Notes: generated by a model not told the origin, from the sequence alone. Shown: positions 25,488 to 37,604, counted from the first letter of the whole stretch. The stretch is DNA of 63,139 nucleotides, filler included, from Octopus bimaculoides (GCF_001194135.2; 7 parts of 5 records of this genome joined end to end with filler, not necessarily neighbours in it), one strand, 5' to 3'. Made by a program: numbers and translations.

Positions 25488-26594
25488 ATATATGTGTGTG
25501 TATGTGTGAGAGAGAGAGAGAGAGAGAAAGTATAGAGAAGAGAGAGGGTATGTGTGTGTGTGTGTGTTATTAGTGTGTACGCACATCTGATATTTGTGTT
25601 TGTATTTTTATTCAGAACTTCTTTTTCTCTGTGGTTTTTCGAGGAGATGCTGGTGAGATGGGAAGGGGTGAGGTAGGGAGCAGTTTTCCTTTGTTTTAAG
25701 GGTCACAGTTTAATATGTCAGTTATTGATTGGATTTTTTGAAGTGTATCTGAAATCCTTAAGCTGGATTACCAATATAGGGCATGTATAAAATCTAAGAA
25801 GTTAAATTCACTTGTTTAAAAGCAACCATTTCTTTCTCTCTCCTTGTCTGTATGTTGGGGAGGGTGTCCCAAATTTCTAATGATTATATATTTTCTATTT
25901 TTCTTTATTTTTCACATGTCCTTTTTATTATTATTATTATCATCATCATCATCATCATTTTACTATTATTATCTGTGAGAATATGCTCTTTAGAATTTTT
26001 GTTGGTGTTGTACTCAATAATAACACTACTGTATGTAAAGAAAGACAGTTAGACCAGGTGAGGAGAGAGGAGGTAGTTGGCAGTGTTGATTGTCATGAGT
26101 TGAATGTGATTACAGATCAGGAAGAGGGAGTGGTTGCTATCCAAGGGGCCCTCTTAGTCAAGCTATGTAAGCTGATTATATTTAAGCATACAGGAGTCAG
26201 GTGGCGGTGGTGGGGGAGGGAGGATTAGGACTGATGTTTGGGGTTGGGAAGAAATGAGAGAACAACAACAACAACACAAAAAGAAAAGGGGGCATGAAAC
26301 AAACTGTAAAATTAAGGTTGTCTAATTTTGTTATGTCAACTTGTCTGAACATAAGACTCCACAAGTTTTATGGAGCTGTCAGTCATTTGTTTCCAACTTC
26401 TGTCACCACCTCCTCAGGTAGTGGTTAGTAAATTTTACTAGAACAGGTTAGGTGTTGTTACACCTTGTGCTCACTTCAAGCTATTTCTCCATCCTTTATT
26501 TAATCCTTTGTCACCTCTACCTCTACTTTTCCTCTCTTCACTGCTGTTCACCCACTTCTTCAACCAATATAGTCTTTTTCTTTCTTTTTCTCCT

Positions 26595-26985
26595 TGTCTT
26601 TCATCTTCGACTTGTTTCAGTCTTTAGACTGTGGCATCGCTGGGTTACTTCTTTGAAGTGTTTTAGTGAAGCAAATCGATCCAGTACTTATTGTCTGAGT
26701 CTGGTACTTATTCTATTGGTTTCTTTTTGCTAGACTGCTAAGTCATGAAGACATGAACAAACCAACACCTGTTGTGAAGTGGAGGTGAATAAACACAAAC
26801 ATGCTGTCACACGTGCGTGTGTGCGTACACATGCCACAGACTTCCACTCTGTTTCTGTCTACCAAATACACTTACGAAGTATGGTCAGCCTAAAGCTATA
26901 GCAGACACTTGCTCATATGCTACACAGTAGGACTGAACCCATAACCCTGTATTTGCAAAGTGAGCTTTTTAACCACACAGCCATG
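26595..26985 (-). mobile_element. Decayed SINE family A
   Basis: Collinear with 16121-16515, with many CpG-to-TpG/CpA changes. Confidence 0.75.
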
Positions 26986-27128
26986 CCTCCTCCTATATTG
27001 TTGATTCCTTTTTTTTCTTTTCTTTTCAAAAATTTCCTGGATTCATGTTGTCTCATTTTCTGTGTATCTAAATTTTCATTGATTTTTTTTCCTTTCTTAT
27101 TCTACCCCAGTTTGTTGTTGTTGTTATA

Positions 27129-27575
27129 ATGGTGGCGAGCTTGCAGAATCATTAATATGCCAGGCAAAATGCTTAATGACATTCCCTTCTGTCTTTATGT
27201 ACTGAGGTCAAATTCCGCCATGGTCGACTTTGCGTTTCATCCTTTTGGGGTCGATAAATTAAGTACCAGTCAAATTCTGGGGTTTATGTGATCGACCACC
27301 TCCTCCCCTCTAATTCCAAGCCTTGTGCCTATAGTAGAAATGATTATTATTATTATTATTATTAAGGTGGCAAACTAGCAGAACCGTTAGCAAACTGGGT
27401 GAAATGCTTAGTAGTATTTTGTCTGCCATTGCGTTCTGAGTTCAAGTTCTGCAATGGTTGACTTTGTCTTTCATCTTTTTGGGGTCGATAAATTAAATAC
27501 CAGTGAAACACTGAGGTCGATGTAATCGACTGATACCCTCCCCAGAAAATTCTTGCCCTTGTGGCAAAATTTGAA
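27129..27575 (+). mobile_element. Two tandem SINE family B copies (27129-27345, 27364-27575) separated by (ATT)n
   Basis: GGTGGCGAGCT.GCAGAA head, GAGTTCAAATTC B-box region and GGGGTCGATAAATTAAGTACCAG. Homologous to 32308-32583. Confidence 0.8.
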
Positions 27576-27619
27576 ACCATTATTATCATTATTATTATTA
27601 TTATTATTATTATTACTTC

Positions 27620-27879
27620 TATCTCATTCCAGGGTGAAAAACTAGAGGTAGTCGATAGCTTCCGCTATCTGGGCGACCAAGTTAGTAGTGGGGGTGGGTG
27701 CGCTGAAAGTGTAGCTGCTAGAATAAGAATAGCCTGGGCAAAGTTTAGAGAGCTCTTACCCCTGCTGGCGACAAAGGGACTCTCACTCAGAGTAAAAGGC
27801 AGACTGTATGACGCATGCGTACGAACAACCATGCTACATGGCAGTGAAACATGGGCTGTAACTGCTGAGGACATACGTA
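27620..27879 (+). mobile_element. RTE-like LINE RT C-terminal fragment (related piece at 28490-28615, minus strand)
   Basis: LEVVDSFRYLGD...VKGRLYDACVRTTMLHGSETW. Confidence 0.85.
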
Positions 27880-27979
27880 NNNNNNNNNNNNNNNNNNNNN
27901 NNNNNNNNNNNNNNNNNNNNNNNTTAATTAATTAANNNNNNNNNNNNNNNNNNNNNNNNNNNNNNNNNNNNNNNNNNNN

Positions 27980-28015
<36 letters not shown>

Positions 28016-28734
28016 CACACATACATATGTATATATATGTGCATATATATGTATATGCTTAATGCTCTGGCGCCTCCAAAATTAAGTGGTCTCAATGGTA
28101 AATGGTACGAAACCACCATGATAGTTTGGATAATTGACTGGCGAGGGAATCAGCTGTGAATATTCCATGTATCATGTATTTGCCTAAATTTCCCATCCGT
28201 TAAGTTTTCGTCTAGTTCTCCGTTTTCTCTGCATTCATCTAATTTTTTCTCCTTGTATTCTTCCTGTTAAATTTTTGCTCCCGTGAAATTTTACATATAA
28301 AATAATTTTTTTTACTATAAAATTTTTGTTTTCTAGATATGAAATTTTGACCATGTAAAATTTTAAAATAAATTTTATTCTGTTTATGAGAAGAATGGAA
28401 AAATAAAAGTGAATATTTATTTTATGAGTGATGTGTATTAAATCTATAAAATTGTCCATAAAGTATATAAAATATATATAAAAAGCATTAAGTAATAGTC
28501 TTATTGTACTACTATCAACTCTGATGGTTGGCCCCTCAATTGGTTCGATATTTGAATGACTCTCCTTCTCCCATACATTTTCCACGTTTAGTACCCTTTC
28601 ATCTCTGTCTTCTACTATAGCTTTGAATGCTGACCAAAGCGTTGTGAGTGGATTTGGTAGACGGAAACTAAAAGAAGCCTGTCGAATATATGTGTATATA
28701 TATATATATGTATGTCGCCTTCTCTCTCTCCCCC

Positions 28735-29105
28735 CTGGCTGAGTAACCATGTATCTCCTCTACAGCAACAAACATGTTTCTGCCCTCATTCTTGATTGCT
28801 GTCTCTCCCTCCTTCTCTTGCTCTTACCATGTATCTCCTTTACAGTAGCACACAGCACACCACTTTCTTGTTAACTCTTCTTCTCTCTCTTGGTAACTAT
28901 GTCCCTCCTCTTCAGCAGCACACCCATTTCTGCCCTCATTCTTGTTAACTCTCACTCTCTTTCCTTTTATTTCTCTCCCTCTTCCCTCTCTCTCTCTCTC
29001 TCTCTCTCCACCCTCTCTCTCTCTCTCCACCCTCTCTCTCTTTATCTTTCTCTGGCTGGGTAACCATGTACCTCCTCTACAGCAACACACCTGTTTCTGT
29101 CTCTC
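28735..29105. repeat. Degenerate minisatellite, ~4 units containing TAACCATGTATCTCCTCTACAGCAACAC, separated by CT-rich tracts
   Basis: Motif recurs at ~28744, ~28825, ~28894 and ~29061. Confidence 0.7.
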
Positions 29106-29169
29106 TGTCACACTCTAACCTTTCATCATCTGACACAAGACCACCTTCAGTGCCCCCTCCCCTCAAAGA

Positions 29170-29480
29170 TGCCTTGTCTTGCAAAGATACTTGGTGACCC
29201 TGCCAGCGTAGGTGCTACTTAAAAAGCATTCAGACCACACTGTAAAGGGGTTAGCATATCGAAGGGCATCCAACTGTAAAAACTAGGCCAAAACTGACCT
29301 AGTCTGTGCGAGTACCACGTAAAAAGCACTCACTCCACTCTTCTGGGTGGTTGATTGGTGTTAGGAAGGGCGTCCAGCCGTAAAAACCATGCCAAAACAA
29401 ACACGAGAAGCATGGTGCATCCAGCGCATGCGAGCATGGAAGGAAAACGTTAAACGATGATGCTGAGAATGATGATGATG
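29170..29480 (+). mobile_element. RTE-type LINE 3' tail, internally duplicated
   Basis: GAAGGGCATCCAACTGTAAAAAC and GTTAGGAAGGGCGTCCAGCCGTAAAAAC, with a (GAT)n end. Confidence 0.65.
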
Positions 29481-29879
29481 GCTGTCAACTCATAGATGAG
29501 TGTGACCATCACTGAAAAGCAATGTCTATACAATACTTAAGGCCCAATAAGGTTTGCATGATACTACTCAGACCCTCTCTACTAACATGATCCAGAGAGA
29601 ACACAAGATATCTAGAGCACAGGCTCAGGAATGTGAGAGCATCATAGTATCAAGCACAAGCAGAAGATCCCCATAATGTCCAATACTATTTACTACATAT
29701 CCATAGACATCTTTAACAAAAGCTGAGGTGTGCCTTACTCCCAGTGTTCTTCCAGCATGCCAGATACCAACATGGAATTTCTGAGGGTTCATGTTCTTAC
29801 TAGATAGTCAATGAACCCACACTGAATTCATCTGTCTTTTTGACATGTCTTGTTTTTAGTCCTGCTGGGTTTCAAGCAG

Positions 29880-32290
29880 CCATCCTCATCAGGCTAGCCT
29901 GGTGGGGTATAGGCTGTATAAATGTGCGCGGCCTGGGTTCGGTAAGGATGCAAGCATGCCTCCATGACGATCTCAGGTTGTTTAGATTGGATATTGTCGT
30001 TGCTATAGAAACCAGGCTGAGCAGACTGGAGGAGTTCTTACTCCTCCTAAATGATTACGAGAAAGTGATTTCTCCATGTCAACCTGGAGCGGGGAGGTGT
30101 CGTGGTCCTCCTTAAGAAGATGTTGAAACTGCAGTTAACAAAAATTTTTGTTGACCCGGAAGGCAGGCTGGTCGTCTTGGATGTGACGCACAGCAGTGGT
30201 AAGTCTTTCAGGTTGGTGGTTGTCTACGCTCCTTGTAGAGCGGGGCAGTCAGACTTTTTTCGAAGTCTAGAAAGTTTTCCAGAAACGTTTGTTAGGAGAC
30301 TTAAATACAATCTGCGATGCACACGTAGATTGTGTTCGCTCTAATCCAGATAGGAGGGGTAACTCATGCCTCAACGATCTTCTCAGTCGTTTTCAGCTGG
30401 CAGATCGATACGGACTAGAATTTCCAGACGCTCTAGGGTGGATATGGTCTAATAGCGACGGATCTTCGAGGTCGTACTTATACGGGATTATTATAAGGCG
30501 TCTAGGCAAAGACTTGGCCAGGTGTCCACAATTTCACTATGTTTGCTACAGGGACCACAAATTTGTGACCTGTAGACTTGGTTTAGATAGAGTTTGTAGA
30601 CAGGATCCCGGCTACTGAAAAACTAACGAGTCACTCTTGGACTGTTAGGAGTACAGGAGTCGGATTAGGCAATTAGTTATGAGGGCATTAACCGGTGCCA
30701 TTATTAATAACAAATGGTGGTTTGCCCTCAAAAGAGCCATCAAGTTTGACTCTATTAGGTTTAGCAAACAGCTAGCAAGTAAGAAGGATAGAATAGAAAG
30801 GGATCTAATTAAGAAACTAGATGAGGCCTTGAGGACTGGCAATGCGGTTCAAGTGGTAACCGCGAGATTGGAGCTCAACCAACACTTCGAGGATAAACAT
30901 GAGGGACGCCTTGTCAGACCTAAGCTCCGTGCAATGGGGCGAGAGAGAATCAACACTATCGGATGGGCTCGTGTGGTAGAGACCCAACGTGCAACGATGT
31001 CACAATTAGGTCTTTAACGGATCAATATGAACATACGATAAACGAACCCGAAAAGATGTGTAAAGTTTTTCACGAGCATTTCGCCCAGCTGTTCGGGAGG
31101 GGTGGTGGGCCGGAGCGCAGGGAGGGCCTCGCAGACATCTTCACCTGCATGCCGGGTCTCTCGGAGCGGGAAACGGGATACTGTGAAAGACCGATGACAG
31201 CTGCAGAAGTGGAGGAGGCTTTGTCGGACTGCGGCGGGGACTTGATGGTCTTCCTTACGAACTTTATTATAGAATATCAGGCTTTGGGGGGGGGGGCACC
31301 TACTAGCAGGCGTCTACACCAACTGGCAGCAGAACGGATATATACCCAAATCTGTGAGCCGAGGTATGTGGCGCTGCTTAGAAAGGACCCAAACAAGGGG
31401 GATAAAATAGATAATTTCCGGCTCATCACTCTGCTTAACACAGAGTTGAAGATTCTGGCCAAGGTACTAGCAAAAAGGTTGGCACGGGTCGTGGATGGAC
31501 TGACTTGTCGGGAAGGCGCATACTTGCGCCATTCCCGGCAGTTCCATACAAGACAATCTCCACCTTATACGCTATACCTTAGAGAGGGTAAATAGGCTTC
31601 CTGGCAAGGAAATAGGTTTCCTGGCAAAGATGGGTCTCTGGTCCATTTAGACCAATCTAAAGCTTTTGACAGGGTTGACCATCGGTATCTGGTGTCGGTC
31701 CTTGTGGTCGGTCGGACTTGGCCCGGCCTTCTGTGGGTGGATCATTGCTTTGTATAGCACTGTATCCCTTACTGCAGAAGCTGGAGGGTATGAGGGAGGT
31801 CCCGCGCGAACTCGGTTGTGGAAGATCGGTGACTGCGTATGCGGATAACATCACCATCATAGTGTATGAGGTGGACCACCTACAGAGGGTAGGCGATGCC
31901 ATTAAGGATTACGAGGTGGTGGCAGGAGCAAAAAATAACCGTGATAAGTCAGTCGGCTTGCAACTCGGCACCTGGAGAGGCAAGTCGATATCTCCTAACA
32001 ACGTCGTCCAGCGTTAGACGGAGGATCTGGTTAAAATGCTAGGTGTTTGTTTCGGTCCAGACCTCCAGATAGAGAAGAATTGGAGCGAGGTGGCGAGCAA
32101 GGTGGCTATCCCTGAAAGGGAGGGTGGAGGTCGCAAATGTATTTATCACATCTGTGATTACCTACCGTCTGACCGTCGTGCCTTGTCCCGATTCGTGGTT
32201 AAGCAAGGTGGAATGGATGCTCTTTCCCTTTTTGTGGAGGAACAGAGGTCCACTTGTAAGGCGCTCTATCTGCTGCCAACAGCCGCTAAA
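29880..32290 (+). mobile_element. L1/Tx1-clade LINE ORF2, inactivated (APE endonuclease plus RT)
   Basis: IGCINVRGL, VVVYAP, LGDLN, DHKFV (endonuclease). ITLLNTELKILAK, DQSKAFDRV, TAYADNITI (RT). Confidence 0.92.
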
Positions 32291-32307
32291 GGGCTAGAGT
32301 TAGGGTT

Positions 32308-32583
32308 AAGGCGGTGAGCTGGCAGAAACGTTAACACGCCAGGCGAAACAAAGGCGGCGAGCTTGAAGAAACGTTAGCATGCCAGGCGAAATGCTTAGTG
32401 GTATTTCGTCTGCCGCTACGTTCTGAGTTCAAATTCCGCCGTGGTCGACTTTGCTTTCATCCTTTCGGGATCGATAAATTAAGTACCAGTTACGCACTAG
32501 GGTTGATGTAATCGACTTAATCACTTTGTCTCTCCTTGTTTGTCCCCTCTATGTTTAGCCCCTTGTGGGCAATAAAGAAATAA
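32308..32583 (+). mobile_element. SINE family B with a duplicated 5' head
   Basis: AAGGCGG.GAGCT.G.AGAAACGTTA.CA.GCCAGGCGAAA at 32308 and again at 32351. Confidence 0.88.
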
Positions 32584-33549
32584 NNNNNNNNNNNNNNNNN
32601 NNNNNNNNNNNNNNNNNNNNNNNNNNNNNNNNNNNNNNNNNNNNNNNNNNNNNNNNNNNNNNNNNNNNNNNNNNNNNNNNNNNNNNNNNNNNNNNNNNNN
32701 NNNNNNNNNNNNNNNNNNNNNNNNNNNNNNNNNNNNNNNNNNNNNNNNNNNNNNNNNNNNNNNNNNNNNNNNNNNNNNNNNNNNNNNNNNNNNNNNNNNN
32801 NNNNNNNNNNNNNNNNNNNNNNNNNNNNNNNNNNNNNNNNNNNNNNNNNNNNNNNNNNNNNNNNNNNNNNNNNNNNNNNNNNNNNNNNNNNNNNNNNNNN
32901 NNNNNNNNNNNNNNNNNNNNNNNNNNNNNNNNNNNNNNNNNNNNNNNNNNNNNNNNNNNNNNNNNNNNNNNNNNNNNNNNNNNNNNNNNNNNNNNNNNNN
33001 NNNNNNNNNNNNNNNNNNNNNNNNNNNNNNNNNNNNNNNNNNNNNNNNNNNNNNNNNNNNNNNNNNNNNNNNNNNNNNNNNNNNNNNNNNNNNNNNNNNN
33101 NNNNNNNNNNNNNNNNNNNNNNNNNNNNNNNNNNNNNNNNNNNNNNNNNNNNNNNNNNNNNNNNNNNNNNNNNNNNNNNNNNNNNNNNNNNNNNNNNNNN
33201 NNNNNNNNNNNNNNNNNNNNNNNNNNNNNNNNNNNNNNNNNNNNNNNNNNNNNNNNNNNNNNNNNNNNNNNNNNNNNNNNNNNNNNNNNNNNNATATATA
33301 TACAAAGAAAAAATTATTAAATAGTGCAATACAGTAGATATTGGTGCATTTTGCACCACTATCCTATATTTATACTTTAACCTGATGGTACTTTGTTTTA
33401 CTGGGAAGCAATACTACTGAATTGCACTATTTAATAATTTTTTATTTGTTGAAAACTTTTTCACTGTTTTCAGTCTGTTAACGACCAGGCGTTCACACGA
33501 GTAATACTGGCATTGATGTAGCGACATTTGAAATTTTGTCTAGGTGAAT

Positions 33550-34463
33550 CTAGACTGGATTCACTGGAAAATGTCTATCTATCAGTGCTAAGAAATACTT
33601 GCCTATATTAACGGTCACTTCGGGTGAGTAGGGGTGTGTGAAACAGATAGTTTTCCTATTCCAATGTTTCCTTTTCTTTATTATTGGACTGGTGGCAGGT
33701 GTATAGGTTAATTCCTCGCTAAATCCACTATCTTGTAGAGCCTTATTGTATACAGGGGCAACGCTATTAAAAATGTCCCTATCGGACACTATGGGGGATG
33801 GCAGGAACCCACATTAATATAACTAAGTCTATCCTTGGGCTTCCTATAAGGCTTATAAATATTCTTATTTAGATCTAAGGATGCATCTAGGAAATTGACA
33901 ACCGTCAGGTTGGTATCTGTAGTTATGCTAAGACCGAAAGTTTTCATCAACTGGATAATGTTCTTCCTAAACCGATCCTGTGCTGGTCCATTGGTATTTG
34001 CGGTTAAAGCTAGGGCATCCTCTTTATAAATGGCGAAGTATACGTCAGGAAAAGTTTTGCCCAACGTATCGAGTAGGAATAGTTCAATAAGATCGCATAT
34101 GCCTGCTCCGTCATATGACCCCACGCTCACATCGAAAGCACCCTCTGTATCGGTAGTCTTAACCCACTCTGCGTTCTCGCTGAAGAGTAAAGTCTTTTTA
34201 GCGTGGAAGATTATGTCCTCATCATCTGTACTGATTTCTATGAATTCCCTTGCGAAGGTGAGGGCTTTATCTAGCAGTTCTTTAGAGAAAGAGGCATAGA
34301 AATTGACAATATCGAATTGCGTGAATCTCGCTTTATTCTTATTCTTAATGGCTTTAAACCAGTCAACGACTTCTATACTATTGGACCATTGTACTAACCT
34401 AGTGGCATTCCTGATTTTCGCATTGATTTTTCCAAAAATTTCTTTACTAATAATACCAATTTT
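33550..34463 (-). mobile_element. Penelope-like RT (core plus thumb), decayed
   Basis: FDVSVGSYDGAGICDL, AIYKEDAL (YRDD site decayed), VNFLDASLDL..YKPYRKP and YINVGSCHPP. Confidence 0.9.
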
Positions 34464-34694
34464 TTATAGGAAGCCCAAGGATAGACTTAGTTATATTAAT
34501 GTGGGTTCCTGTCATCCCCCATAGTGTCCGATAGGGACATTTTTAATAGCGTTGCCCCTGTATACAATAAGGCTCTACAAGATAGTGGATTTAGCGAGGA
34601 ATTAACCTATACACCTGCCACCAGTCCAATAATAAAGAAAAGGAAACATAGGAATAGGAAAACTATCTGTTTCACACACCCCTACTCACCCGAA
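34464..34694 (+). repeat. 231-bp inverted duplicate of 33619-33849
   Basis: Manual alignment gives 2 mismatches. Confidence 0.95.
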
Positions 34695-34699
34695 AGATA

Positions 34700-35330
34700 C
34701 ACTCAATTTTCTCGACATCTTTATGGGAGTCAGTGACTCCGCCCAGGTCACTGACCTTGTAGGACTCTACCTACTTAACGGTCTCTATAAGCAATTCCCT
34801 AATATCTCCGGTGGTCTATACAGAGACGACGCTCCGTTCGCAATCCAAAATTTTTCTGGGTTAATAAGCCTACATTTAGGATTAGATAGGAAGTTCTTTT
34901 TGTGGGCTTTGATAGTTATAAAGGCCTCTTTTGGGGGGAGGACCTCTATTTATTTTATCTAATTTAAGTCTGGCGGCGATAATGCTAGCTTCTTTATTAA
35001 TTTTGTTATAGGTTTGTGGCCTAGCCTTGGTGTAATTATTGATGATGCTGTTGTGTAGAAGTCGTGAATATGTGCTGTTTTCTACCAAGCTCTTGGTTTT
35101 ATCGGAGAAATGTGCCCTTTTTTTTTGGGGGGGGGAGAACTCTTTATGTAATCGATATCCTTTTTCAGTTTCTGTTGGAAAGTGTTAAAAGACTTACGAA
35201 AGTGCGGTCTTTGTGATATGGAAAGATAGCTCATCTGGAAAAGCAGCTTAGACCCCGCCACATGTCTAAATTCAAGAACTGAACTTTTCGGATCATGCCC
35301 ACATGTGACTAAATATTTGTTACGTTTTTG
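34700..35330. mobile_element. Two further Penelope-like fragments: + strand RT core (34700-34860) and - strand N-terminal region (34860-35330)
   Basis: MGVSDSAQVTDLVGLYLL..GGLYRDDA on +. YNKINKEASIIAARLKLD and (F)ITIKAHKKNFLSNPKCRL on -. Confidence 0.8.
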
Positions 35331-36020
35331 GTCCCCCCGAGATTACAGATAGGGCTTGCTTTTTATATTGTGTCCACGTACAAGCTTTTTGTCTCTCTAT
35401 ACTTTTTACTTATATTTCTTATATATTTTTATAGAGATATTGCTTTTTAGTTTTATTGCTCATATATTTTTTACACATATTTTTTCTGTATTCTACTTTC
35501 CACCCTGCATTTTTCCTGTGTGTATATAGATGTGTATATGGAATTTTTTTATGCGCGCGTATGGATGTGTGCATGTGTGCGGGTATGTGCGTATATAGAC
35601 GTGTGTGTACGTGCATGCGAGTATGTGTGTATATAGATGTGTTTACTCTTATTGCTTATTTTTTACACTTTTTTACACATTTTTCTGTATTTTGCCTTTA
35701 GCCCTGTTTTTTCTTGTGCATGTGCGTATGAACCTTTTTTGTGTGCGTGTGTGTGTGTGCGAGCGTGTATGCGGGTATGTATATATTTTTTGGCGAATGT
35801 GTGGGTGAGCATGTGTGTGTTTCAAGTGAGGGTGGATGAGTATATACATATAGACGCATGTACATGAGTGTGCGGGCGCGCATGTGTATGTATGGACATG
35901 CGCACTTACGCGATTGCATTTTTACTTCCTTACCTTTACTACCTCCCCTTACTTAGCGGTCATTCTAATAGCTCTTTTGTCTTAATAACGGTCAATTTCA
36001 TAGTATTTTTTCGATGGCCC

Positions 36021-36081
36021 GATAACTGAAGAGATGCCGGCGTGGGTTTCCGCCCCGACATCCGAAAATCGGAGTTTTATC
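36021..36081 (+). ncRNA. Type I hammerhead-ribozyme-like motif (probably decayed), upstream of a PLE ORF
   Basis: GATAA-CTGAAGA-[GATG..CGG..CCG..CATC]-C-GAAA-ATCGGAG-TT-TTATC. Helix I is 5 bp perfect, helix II is extended, helix III is near-palindromic. Confidence 0.55.
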
Positions 36082-36219
36082 AAGGCTACCGAATAATTGT
36101 CACATATTATATTTACAGATAAATTCCTCTATTTACATAATATCGAAGTCTCTTTCATTCTTTTGTTGTCTTGCCATTTCTATCAATAATATATATATAT
36201 ATACATATATATATAAACT

Positions 36220-36880
36220 TGTCGCTTAGGGATATCCCACTTAGCAACAAAACCGAGTATATGAAACTCATTATTCACGCTGCAAACGAATTGATTCGGA
36301 AGATGCGATGGAAAACTTTCTTCTCCGTCTGCAACTCTGCTACCAACTCTAATAATCTAACTTACCAAGCTCTACTCTGCGAATTTAGATCTCGCAAAAA
36401 TCCACCTCCTAGCCAGCACCTCGACAATTTCGAACAAGACGTTACCAATATGGTCAAAAACATAAAATTTAACCCAGAAGAAAAGCGACCAACCGCCTCC
36501 TAACCAAAATCGATAAGGTTATCAAGAAACTTCAGAAGTACCCCGGAATCCTCGTCCACGCTGTTAAGACGGGCAATTTATACAATGCTCCCCTGAACAA
36601 ATACCGAGATTTAATACTCAAATAACTACACAAGGACTACAGAATTGTACCTGATTCGGCTATAAAAGAAATCAACCGCTAAAATAGGGATCTCGTTTTT
36701 AAACTTAGACTTGAGGATAAAACCGCACCTTCCACACCTCACCCACCCCATATAAGCTTAAAGGATCAGAGAGACAACTTCGCAGCGAACCCCTCCATTC
36801 GCCTCATCTGCGCCTCCAGCTTCAATATAGGTAAGATCAGTAAAATTATACTCGATCGAATAACAACTCCTCCTCCAGCT
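36220..36880 (+). mobile_element. Penelope-like element, 5' part of the ORF
   Basis: SLRDIPLSNKTEY..IRKMRWK..FRSRKNPP..LDNFEQD, KTGNLY, PHISLKDQRDNFAANPSIRLI and IGKISKIILDRI. Confidence 0.85.
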
Positions 36881-36959
36881 ACCCCGCCTCCGTCCTACAG
36901 TCTATTATGGAAAGCGTTTCCTACCAGATTTATTCGATCAATATACTGAATATTATAAT

Positions 36960-37604
36960 TGTACCCTACAACGTGCCCGATACAAATACTCAATTGAATA
37001 CATCACCATGTGGGATATTCTCCCCACTAAACCCGGAACAGAAACCAGTTCCGCACCCTCCACCTCAGCATCTTCAATCTCCAACACAACCCCTATCGCT
37101 ATACTGCTAGCCTCACACCAAACCGTCCCGCATTCCGTCTTGGGCACATACCAGTTTCCCCTAACCGGGTCTTCCGCTCTCGTCCTCTCTAGGATTTCCC
37201 GCATCATCGCCACCGTCGCCTCTCCCACTTTGTCACCCCAACTCTCCCCCTCTGCTCGTCTCTTGGTGTAACTGCACGCTGTGCGCGGCCATCCAGCGAT
37301 CGTGTAGTGTCCAACCAACTTCCCACAAACCGAAAACAACACTCTGCTGTTGACGCTGGAACTCAGCTCTGGGATCTCGTTTCCTCTCCGGAACACCAGC
37401 TCACCCGATCTGTCTTTTTGTAGTTTCAGCCCCAGCGCAGCTCCCCCCACCATCGACTCTGGCGGCTGCGCAATCAGCCTGAACCTCTCCAGGTGTCTCA
37501 CTACCCCGAGGGCTGGCACTACAGTCTCGTCAACCAATATGTCGTCGATGTAGGAACTGGTGGCCTTCCTTATCCTCTCCTCTTTCCCTAGGATGGACTT
37601 GAGC
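36960..37604 (-). mobile_element. LTR-retrotransposon (Gypsy-like) RT/RNase H fragment
   Basis: SSYIDDILVDET upstream of the called ORF, LFSVCGKLVGHY, and WCEASS (RNase H DAS motif). Confidence 0.75.

Noticed and set aside
14000-27100. Conserved bilaterian or molluscan miRNA hairpins
   Set aside because: I recognised no mature miRNA sequence by eye and no ~60-nt hairpin. A formal search was not run.
28735-29105. CRISPR-like repeat-spacer array
   Set aside because: The repeats are degenerate, the spacers are irregular and low-complexity, the context is eukaryotic, and there are no cas genes
29860-29900. Minus-strand CTGATGA..GAAA at the start of the L1/Tx1 ORF2
   Set aside because: Helices II and III do not pair and there is no UH site, so it is probably chance
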